From NCBI GenBank assembly GCA_951406725.2, contig OX597830.1:24862001-24926000 (forward strand): 64,000 bases of DNA, in the 5' to 3' direction. Both the position numbers and the translations under genes were made by a program. The notes beneath the pieces were generated by a model. That model did not search any database and was not told the DNA's origin. It saw only the letters and a list, made by a program, of their open reading frames with translations. Positions 41,470 through 53,256 of this stretch are shown one piece after another; the stretch's first letter is position 1, and every line of letters begins with the position of its first letter. This DNA comes from Octopus vulgaris (lineage: Eukaryota).

Positions 41470-43449
41470 CAGAAGTTTGAAAATGCCACTATATAAGATA
41501 AATTTTAATTTTCTTAGAAATTTTACATGTTTCGGTTCTTCTTGAAAAAACGAACCTTATCAAAAATATTTTAAAAAGTTAAGAGTAATATATATTATAT
41601 TATATATATATATATATACATACATATACACATGAAGGATTCTCTCGTCATGAATGACAAATGTGGGTTCAATAAAATAAGTAATCATGTTATATAGGCA
41701 CGCATGTGTCTCTTGAGGCCTGCTGGTGTCTTGTAAACCTTTTGGCAAATGGAACAAGTTGAAAACTCAGTTTGCTCGAGTGATTGTGAATAATTTAATA
41801 TGTTGTTTTCTTGAGTGGACAGCAAGGTCTGCTTTGCTCTGTGCCACTAAACCACAATGACAGGTAAGGTTTTCATTTAGAAGAGCAGTGTTTTACTGGC
41901 ATGCTTTCATGCTTGTACACAAAGTTGGTCCTGATATTGAAGTTGACTTTGCTCAAATCTTTGAACCGAGGAGAAGCAGGACTGGTGCCAAGTCCTGTGT
42001 TTGGATGCTTCGTTTTCCAAAGATGAAAAGGAAATGTTGCATCACTTCAGATTGTCTTTTAATTTGTCTTCTGTTATCACTCAAACATGAGAGATGACCT
42101 GACTGTCTGAGCTGTATTTTGATGAGGATGGCTTCAATACTGTTATGAATATGGTCACTCGATTTTATGTTGGAGATAGTACACAAGCATTGCATATGAA
42201 AACTGTCAAGCTGGTTGATGTGTTTTCAGTACAGGGTCCAAGATTCAGTACCATAAAATAGACAGACAGTGTAATTAACTTCAGTGGAGTATATTTTAAA
42301 TATGGTCATTTTTCCTGCCTAATGTAATCTAAATTAGTGATTATCTCAAACTGAGGTTTTGCTTTACTGAAGAAGTTTTAAACACAGAAACAATTTGAAG
42401 TTGTCTCCCATACTTACTAATAATTAAAATGATATTTAGCTTTTGCTATCTTCTCCCCACCACATAAATATTTCTAATTAGACTTTTAATACTGATTACA
42501 TTAAATATGTTAACACCAACTTAATTATTACACTAATGTAATTAGTACAGATTTTGAGTTTAGTACAGCGAGACCAGTATGTCTTATTGTTCAAGAAATT
42601 TATTCTTTCTACTACTCAGAAAGCTCACTAAAAGTAACTGAAAGCTTCTCAGTGACCTAATTAATAGAGGAGATAGTTGTCATGAAGACACTGTCAGGTG
42701 AGTAAGGTTGGGATGGGATAAATTCAAGGATCTTTTACCTTTGTTAGAAACAAAGCATTTCTATGTGTGATACATATGTATGAAATGAGAGAAGGATACT
42801 GAATGTGGAAAAATTCATTGGGGCACACATAATGTTAGCATGCACAAATGAGAAAAACTTGGTATATATATATATATATATATATATATGCTTCACTGCT
42901 GTGTAGTATAGCTGTTCACACACAGGTATCATACAGTCAGCCTTTCACTCTGATGGAGAGGCCCTTTGTTGCCAATAAACTGAAGGGCTCCAATTTCCAG
43001 TTACTCATTTCTGAGCATCAGCTGGTAAGCTAAGCCTGATTTCCTTCAGAAATATCCACTGTCAGAATATTTTTTTAAATATGAAATGAAGGTTTGAAGA
43101 AACTGTTTATCCTTATGTTCTGGTTTCCAAAACTTTTGGAAACTCAAGAATATAAGGATAAGCATTTTTCATCCAATTTTCATTTCATATTTCAAAAAAT
43201 ATTCTGACTGTCAAAAATTGTGAAGCATGACTGTCACCACTACTACATGAACCTGAAGATTGCAGAATTTAATGCATGAAAGTACTAATTCAATCAGAAT
43301 GAACATTTAACATTCTATTATTTTATTTTATTTTATTATATTATATTATATTATATTATATCATTATAAGATTGTAAATAAAATGTGAAAATCAGACAAG
43401 GTTGGAATTCCTTTTATTAATATATTCTTCTATACACAATCACACACAC

Positions 43450-43483
<34 letters not shown>

Positions 43484-46400
43484 TTAAGAATTACACTTCA
43501 CAACCATGTGGTTTTGGGTTCAACCCCTTAGTCCCAGTGTGCAGCACCACTGGCAAATGTCATCTGTTACATTATAACCATCGGTCAACCAAAGCCTTGG
43601 GAGTAGATTTGATATGTGTGTGTGTGCATGGACATATGCTCCTTTGCCTTGACATCACACACTAACTGTAAACAAATATGCCCATCATACAAATGGTGTC
43701 ATTCATTAGCAATCTACCATGAAAACATGTCCCCTTCTTGTGCTGTTCACATCCAAACAACTGAGGGGAAATGTTACTTTGCTTGGAAACAGGTGAGGCT
43801 GGACAACAGGAAAAGCATTCAGTTGTAGAAAATCTGCCTCAATGAATTTCATCCGACCCAATCAAGCATGGAAAAACTGGACATGAAAAAAATAATGATG
43901 ATGTCACATATTTCTCTATTCTCTTTCTTTCAAAGTTACATTCAATATTTCATAAACCTGTGTTTCAGATTCTGCTAGATCAAATCCTCGCTACCATAGG
44001 ATTTCACGCCATGAATATTTCTTTGACCTTACTGCTGATCTACAAAAGAAGCCAACACCCTATGATGTCATCTTCAAAAGAGATGTCTGGATGTTCCCAA
44101 TTCAACCACGAACCAATGAGGTCTACATAGATCTCATGTTTGCTCAAGTAAGATGTCCACATCTTTGATTTCATGATGAATTTGTTGATGTTTGCATTTG
44201 TTTGCTTCATTAATTTTATCTTTTGCTTGTTTGAATCATTAGACTGCAGCCATGCTGGGACACCAGCTTGAAGAATTTTTTGTCAAACTAATCAATGGCA
44301 ATACTTTTTTTTTTCAAAGCCTGGTTTTTATTCTACCAGTTTAATACCAGGTAGAATAAATACCAGTCTCTTTTGCTGAACTGCTAAGTTATGGGTACAT
44401 AAAACAAACAGACACACACACACACATATATATATATTGGGTTGGCAACTAAGTTCCTGCCGCTTTTTTTAATTAAAATTTTTGTAAAGGCTTAATAAAA
44501 AATAACAACTAATTAATCAATGTATTCACCCTTGTTGTTTACAACTTCTTTCCAACAGTCAACAAGCTTTTCAATACCTTGTTGGTAGAAATCACCCAAT
44601 TTTGACTCAAAAAATTGATCCCCAACCAAGCTCTCAATTCTGCATCAGTATTGAACGAAACTCTGCGCAAAGCATTTGAAAGAGATCGAAAAAGGTAGAA
44701 ATCCATTGGTGCCAAATCAGAATAGTACAGCAGGTGTGGCGGCACTTCCCAGCCATGCATTTGAATGGCTTCCTTGGTCATATTGGCGATATAAGGGTGG
44801 GCGTTGTTGTGCAGCAGCAGAACTCCATGCTGACGATTAGGTCTTTTTTCTTGAATAGCAGTGTTGAGTCATTCCATCTATTGAACATAGAGTTCCACGT
44901 TGACCGTTTGGTTCTGTTCAAACAATTCATAATGGATAATACCTTCCCAGTCCTACCATACACACAACATCGTTTTACATGGATGAAGATCTTGTTTCAC
45001 ACACAGTGTCACTTGTCTACCAGGGCTAAGCCATTCCTTAAGCTGCTTCATGTTGATGTACAGGCACCATTTTTCGTCACCAGTAATGTTTCGGTAAAGA
45101 AATTGTTGCTTGTGTCCAATGAGTTGAACGGTGACGAGCAAGCAAATCAGCAGAGATTGTGGCTCGTTGATTTTTGTTGTTGTCACTTAAAGCATACGAA
45201 ACCCATGCTCCATACTTCTGAACCTTTCCCATCGAGTGAAGATGCTTCTCTATAGCAGTGTGGGAGCATTCCATTTTCTCTGCCAGTTCCCTTGTCGTTT
45301 AACAAGAATTTGCATGCAAAAGTTGGTTCAATTGCTCTTCATTGAACTCAACTGGACAGCCAGAATGAGGTGCATCTTTGAGGTCAAAATTTCCATTTTT
45401 GAACTTGGCATACCAATCATGAATGGTTCTTTCAGCAATGGCACCTTCTCCATACACAGCACAAATGTCGTGAGCAGCTTTTGCAGCCTTAGAACCTTGG
45501 TTAAAAGCAAAAAAGAAGGAGGTGTCAAAAATGCTCATTTTTCTTAACTTGACATTCCATTTTAATGATCTGAAAATAAACTAAAATTAACTAGCAAAAA
45601 ACAAAATAGATTCCAAAATGATTAAAAAATAGAATTCTCGAAAAAAATAGATTCCAAAATTTAAAAATGCAATAAATTCCAAAATTAAAAAAACGGCAGG
45701 AACTCAGTTGCCAACCCAATATATATATACAACAGGCTTCTTTTAGTTTCCATCTAATATATCGATCTAATCGACTGCCCCCCTCCCCTAAAATTTTAGG
45801 CCTTGTGCCTAGAGTAGAAAAGAATATTTAAGGTGCTGAGCTGGCAGAAATGTTAGCATGCCAGACAAAATGCTTAGAGGTATTTCGTTTGTCTTTACAT
45901 TCTGAATTCAAATTCAGCAAGAATTGTGAGAATCTTGTTCTGTATCAGAATCACAAGAGTGAGCTTTTGACAGAGAAGATTTTCACCAAGATGTTGTGAC
46001 TGGTACATTTAATGTAGCAGTCATGTGCTAGGGTTGAAATGTATTTCTATGAAATATCCTAGATGTGAAAATGAGTTTCAACACTATTGACTGATTTGTT
46101 ACGAAAAGCAGTCAAATCTTCTTCAGATCACAACTTAGTATCTTAAGAAAAAAAAAATGAAAAATGATATAATGCAGCCTTGGATGCCCCCCTGAAAGAT
46201 GGGATCAGCATGGCTGGAAATGCCTTTGATCATAGGTCTGCTTGATCTGAGTCAACCTGGGGCTATACAACAAGAAGGTTGCACGAGGTAAATCCTGATG
46301 CAATAGTATTCCATGCTCTTGTATTGTGACACAACAAACATGTACACATGGAAGTGCTCCAGTTTGGTCACAAACAGATGGCTGAAACCAATAAGTTGAT

Positions 46401-46644
46401 TTTGAAAAATTATGGAATTTAGAATGGTTTGTATAATCAAAATAATTCAATAATGTAATTAGTGATTACTCTAATTCAACTAAGACATTGATATTTTCTA
46501 TATATTGCAGATTATACAAAACTTTCTTGATGGCCGCCTATTAGTCTTCCCAAATGGAACACTGCCCAAGGATCCTTCATATATAGTAAGTAATTCAATC
46601 AATATTTTATACATTCTAAGTCAGTGTCACATGTGCACGCGCAT

Positions 46645-46695
<51 letters not shown>

Positions 46696-49600
46696 TGGTT
46701 CTCAATCATGTCACCAGACACACCACATAAATTGGGGGCTTTTGTGATCTGTGACCATAGAAATGTTGTAGATATAGCCATAGAAGCATCATACATATTC
46801 AGGGATTTCACAACCTGTAACCTTAGAAACATAACACATATTGAAGAATTTTGTGACTCGGGTCATCGAAGCCTCATACACATTGAAGACTTTCATGACA
46901 TGTAACCATAAAAACGATGATATGAATGTTGTTGATGTTTGTGGTTGCATGCATAAATGTTTATATATATAAAAAAAGAACATTATACACTTGTGAACAC
47001 TTTCATTGATAAACACAAACACTATATCTGTTGACAGATAACTTTGGACTAGATGTTGAGGGGTGAGGTTTACATTCCAGGTGTGACCATTAAATTCTGT
47101 GCGATATGGTAATTTATTAACATAAGTCAATGGTAGGCTAACCTTTGCCCTTGGTAACTACCGACACATCTTATATGCCCTGTCATCTATGCTGTATACA
47201 TTATGCAACAAGAGAGACATGAAAATGATAGGTTGTAATTGCGGAGGGACACAGAAGAATCCATGAAAAGCAGCAATGGTTTGCATCACCAAATAGTAAT
47301 ATAAAGATGTGTGTATACATGGTAATATGAAGATGTGTGTATGTATATGTGTGTGTATACATGGTAATATAAAGATGTGTGTACGTATACAAGATGCGTG
47401 TGTGTATACAAGCTGTGTATACAAGCTGTGTGTATACATGGTAATATAAAGATGTGTGTATGTATATGTATACATGGTTATATAAAGATGTGTGTACGTA
47501 TACAAGATGTGTGTATGTATATGTGTGTGTATACATGGTAATATAAAGATGTGTGTGTGTATACAAGATGTGTGTATACATGGTAATATAATGATGTGTG
47601 TCTTGTTCCACAAGACTAATTTAGTCAAATTTAGAATATCAAAGTTGTAGTATTGCTTTAGACTTGTCTGATTCTTTATTATTCTCACTTCCAGCTGTAA
47701 AACTGTTCTCTCATTTTTTTTTTGCAGACTGAACTTGCTGTGTTGGCTTCCCTCCTTCACCGCTCACAAGATCAGTCAACAATGCTTGAGATGTAAGTAT
47801 TTTATTTCTCATTTTGATGTTTCATCTAGACCTATTGCCAGACTTTGGTGCCTGGGGGTGCTTCAGAATATTCTGGGTGGATAATAATTTGTAGTAATGC
47901 TAAAGTGAAGTCACTAAAATGGGGTAAATATGAGAGTGCACCATTGAATAGTGAGGAGGCTGTACTGTTCGGTACACCTCCTTAGTGACAGGCATGGTTT
48001 CATCCTCTACTCACATTTATGTATTTTTATCGGTGGTTTCCAGCTGGACTGATACAACGCCCAAGAGCATGTTTATGTTGCAGTGCCTTAAAATATTGTA
48101 AACAGTGGTTAAAGAGATAGTGATACCCAAGGGAAATATCAATTAGGGACACCCAATAGTTCAAAATTTAATTAATGCAATTGACAAAAAAATCTCAAAA
48201 GTCTGTATTCCAAAAATAAGGGTGTGGAGGGATAGAGAAAACACACTTAAGGCATAAAAGATTTTCCTCTGGAGTTTTATATTTTCTCCATTTGAGTAAA
48301 ATAAGTAGATTGTAAACCTTAAGCTGGGTTGACCATATGGTTCAGATACCTGGTAGCCAGCTCTCAAGGATGGTCCTTTTCAGTGAGATCAAGACTGGTG
48401 GTATGCCTCATGGACATCCAAAACTTTGATTCCGTGATCATCTCAAGTGGTCCCTTATATTATGTGGTGTCCTTCCCAATCAGTTGGAGCCCTTTGCTGT
48501 TAATCAGAAAACATGGAGGTTCTTGAGCACTTTGATACCAAATGTAGGAGACTGTATGAAGAGAGGAGGAGATGTCTTCATCATCAGTGCTCCCAGTGCT
48601 CCCAGTGCCACAGGATTTTTCTCATATTGGCCTTGTCAGCCATGTCCATTCCCATGATAAACAATGTGCTGGGGGCAGAGGTGGATGAGTGTCTTGGATC
48701 AATGCTGTCATCACTTCAGATGAGCTGTTGTAAGCAAGTAAATATACGTTAAGCATAGGGAGATAGAATGATAAAGTCAGAGAAACATTGTTCAGAATCA
48801 GTTTTTCTCAGTTGATGCTGAAACTAGCAATTAAGCAATGTTAGAAGTGGTTACTGGATGAATGACTCTGGTTCTCCTCCACTGAAATCATACAAATTTC
48901 TTATAAACGACTAGAAGGAAAAAGTCTCATAAAAAAATTACTCTATTTTCTAAGAGAATGGACATCACACGTATGCTCACACACACATTTAAGGGTTCAG
49001 TCCTACTGTGTGGCACTTTGGGAAAGTGTCTTCTACTACAGCTCTAAACCAACCAAGGCTTTGTGAGTGGAATTTGTTAGCAGAAACCAAAAGAATCTTG
49101 TCACACACACACATACACACAGACACACAGTATGTTTGATTGTGTCTTCTTGACATCACAATAGTTGTAAGAGAGTATCACCATAATATGATTAACACTA
49201 AATGTGTGTAGGGTAGTATTTAGGTTTCAAAGCTGTAATTATTGATAATATTTGTCAAGAATATTAGATTTTGATAACATTTTTTCTTATTAATTTTTTT
49301 CAGAAAAGGCCTGAAAAATGTTCTCCCACGACAAGTCTTGGAGTCTAAAGCAGTGAAACCACAGCAGTGGCTTAATAAAATACATGAGGAAATAAACAGA
49401 ATTGGTAGACTGAACCCAACTCAATGCAAAGCTCGTTTCTTAGGTAAGTCTTCACATATCTTTATATGTAAAAGTGAAGTTGTGTGTCTGACTCCTACGA
49501 TTTAGATTCCTAACTACTCCCACATTTTGCGGTGCAGTTTAACCAAAACCGGGTATCTTATAGTCGTGATTCATATCAAGCCCTTTTGGGTATTAGCGCA

Positions 49601-52356
49601 CATCTACGATGAATCTACGATTTAAAAAAAAATTTACCGTCATTTTTTCCCATTTTTAATGTATTGTTTTGCTATTATATAAGGGAAGTAACTCTCTAAA
49701 AATGCTTATATAGTTATTTCCCTTACAAACCCGAGCAACGCCGGGCGATACTGCTAGTATATTATAAATAGAAATATACACATACTCATATTTTTGAACT
49801 GAACACACGTTATATTTGCTGCTGTAGAATTAATCCACAGCTCAGTTTAACAATACAATCTGGTTCTCGGGTACTTTTGGCAGAATCTACACTTTGTTGC
49901 AAGCATCTACACCCAGTCTCCAATTGGAGGCTAATTTCCTTCATTCCCCTTAATAGCATTAGATGTCATGAAAAGAGTCATAGGCCCTAAGTTGTTTTTC
50001 TATATATTGCAAGCTGAGGTAAACTACTGCTGTGTCTAACAGTTCAATATCCATCACTGAAGATGACCAAAATGAGGGCAAAGTCATGTGATCTGGTGGT
50101 CTCCAAGTTAGAATAGTAGGGTGTTCTCTCCCTGCTTGCAATATATATCGAGTGCAAACTGCACTGGATGACCAGCTGGAGGAGGCATCCTCCTGGGGTT
50201 AAAGTAGCAGTATCATCTGTTCTTATAGAACACCCAAGTTTAGATGGCAATAAACATTTACTTCTGAGAATCTTTAAGTTTCATAATTTACTGTATAGTG
50301 ATAATTTCTTCATATTCCAAAGAAATCCTTAATCATTTCTCTTCTTTCAGATATTCTTTCAAAATGGAAATTATTTGGCTCAAGTTTCTTCAAACTAAAG
50401 GTAAATAATTTTGTGGTAAATTCTATATCTAGAGTTGTTGATTGTTAGAACATATAAATGGGGCACAGGCATGGCTGTGTGGTAAGAAATTTGCTTCCCA
50501 ACCATATGGTTCTGGGTTCAGTCCCAGTACATGGCAAGTGTCTTTTACTATAGCCTCAGACCAACTAAAGCCTTGTGAGTGGATTTGGTAGATGGAAACT
50601 GAAAGAAGTCCGATGTATATATATATATTTATTTATATGTATGTATGTTTGTCTTTGTGACTATCCACCACCACTTGACAACTGATGTTGGTTTGTTTAC
50701 ATCTCCATAACTTAGCAATTCAGTAAAAGAGACAAATAGAATACGTACCAAGCTTAAAGCAAAAGAGTACTAGGGTCAATTCATTCAGCTAAAAAAAAAA
50801 TCTCTTCAATATGATGCCCCAGCTTGGCCACAGTCTAATGACTGAAACAAGTGAAAGACAAAAGATACATGCATACACCCATATACAAACATATTTATAT
50901 ACAAATACGCACACATATATTCTTTTCTACTCTAGGCATAAGGCCCGATATTTGGGGGGGGGGAGAAGGCCAGTCAATTAGATCAATCCCAGTACGCAAC
51001 TGGTACTTAATTTATCGACCCTGAAAGGATGAAAGACAAAGTTGACCTCGGCGGAATTTGAACTCAGAACATAAAGACAGACGAAATACCGCTAAGTATT
51101 TCGCCCGGCATGCTAACATTTCTGCCATACGCACACATATATTAATTGAAATATATCCTCATCATCGTCATTTAACATCCATTCTGGCTGTCTGCTGAGG
51201 CATGGTTTTTACCACTGGAAGCCCTTCCTTATGCCAACCACTTAACAGAGTGTGCTGAGTACTTTTATGTGCCACTGGTAAGGCTGCATTTATGCAGCAT
51301 CAGCAAGGGGGGGGGGTTAATGCAGCACAGGCACAGGTGCTTTTTAAGTGGCACCAGCACCTGAAAGGACAAGCTTGTATGTGTGGAAGACAGCAATTTC
51401 ACTTAGCTTGACACATCTCATCAAGTACAGCAAATCGCCACATCTCCCAGTCCCTTGTCATTTCCTCAGTGAGGCCCAGCGTCCAAAGATCCCTTCTCAC
51501 CACTTCATCCCTCATCTTCCTGAGTTTACCCTTTCCACAGGTACCCTCCAAAATTAGAGCTCGGCACTTCTTTATGCAGTTGCTCATCCATACACAAGAT
51601 GTATAAGAAATATAGTCATCTCCATGTAAACGCCTGACTAAATCCAAACTTTACAAACATTAGAAGATGTGGCTGACAAATTTTGTCTTTGATTAAGCTG
51701 TCATTTTAATCAGTTGTACCAATACATGGGATGATGAACTACATTGGAAGAATGTATCCAAAAATATATTTTTATCAATTAGAAGTATTTGATTGTCTCT
51801 AATGAATCTTAACTAATTAAGCTATCAAATTTTTTAAAAAATTCTAATTCTGCTTTTCTTTTGGTTTTAGTCAATTCCACCCAACATAGGGGAATGCTTC
51901 CTTGCTGTCAACAAGAATGGAATACAAGTTATTGGCAAAGATGATCATGTGAGTATTTTTGTTAATTTTCTAAATTATGTTAAATTATTATTATTATTAT
52001 TATCATTATCAGCAGCAGTATTGTTGAGGTGCCAAAGATTAGGTGTTAAGATACACTTATTTCCACATTCCTGGCAGCAACATCTGTTAACTCCCACCCA
52101 CAATGCTTCTTTTAATTATAATTATGCCTCAGAGAACATGGAAAGAAAGTTTGTTATTTGATTTTGATGCTAGAATACAAAAAAGACATTGCAACTGAAA
52201 AGCGTAAGCGTACAAATTTTTGCTTAAAATATACAGCGTAGATCAATTATTTGATTTCTAGTTTCGAATTATGCTTCCCTATATTTCAACATATATAATG
52301 TATATGTATTTATATGTTTGTTTGTACGTATGTATACATAATGTGTCTGCATGTAA

Positions 52357-52389
<33 letters not shown>

Positions 52390-53197
52390 CATACTAGCTT
52401 TGAAGCCACCCCCTATGGAGGGCACCTTTGTGGTCTTTGACCCCACTATTGGGCCAGGACTTGGAAACATTCATTGTATATGTATCTCCTGGTATTAATT
52501 ATCCGGTACCCCATTCCAAACTCCCTACCAGACATAAACCACACACCCATTACCCATACACTCAATACCTATACTTCACTCTCACCCATACCTAAACCCC
52601 ATGTCCCATTAACTTGTTGTTCATTCAACATGTAACATGAATTTCATCTCTATAACAGTGTGTCAGTGTATCAACCCTTGGACCGCTTTCTCCATACAGC
52701 TAGTTCCTAGTTTGACTTACAGCTAAGTTTCTAGCTTTGAAAATGCCTCAGACACATGCAACATAATAATCCAACTGCTGATAACACTAAATTGTTCCAA
52801 TCCTGTACAACATGCTCAATCAAATAAACCTAACAACAGATACAGGAATCAGAATGCTCTCTGGTTCAACCCAATTTTTGGTTCGCATGTTTTAACCAAG
52901 ATTGCTGGAAAATTTTTTGCTACTTTGGATAAATGTTTTCCTAAATCTAATTGATATAATGCTATTTTTAATCAGCACACCATGTAGGTGTCCTATGCTA
53001 ACTCTGCTAATTTAGAGCAGCTTATGCACTATATAAACAATAGTAAAATGTGAGAACAGTTCAATAACCCACCAACTGGATCTAGCAAACATACGTATCT
53101 AAATACCAACAAAAGAGATGAACAGCACCAATTATGGTCAAATTGTAATAGTAAAAATGCTTATGATATAGCTAACATGGTTACAATGTCAGAACTG

Positions 53198-53256
<59 letters not shown>

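Noticed and set aside
44513-45560. Active mariner transposase or domesticated SETMAR-like gene
   Set aside because: The coding region is split across several frames, has intact TIRs, is antisense in an intron and has no SET domain.
52950-52956. In-frame TGA as selenocysteine in a Naiad-like fragment
   Set aside because: The fragment also has a TAG stop and is decayed; the TGA is not at an evident Cys position and no SECIS was seen.
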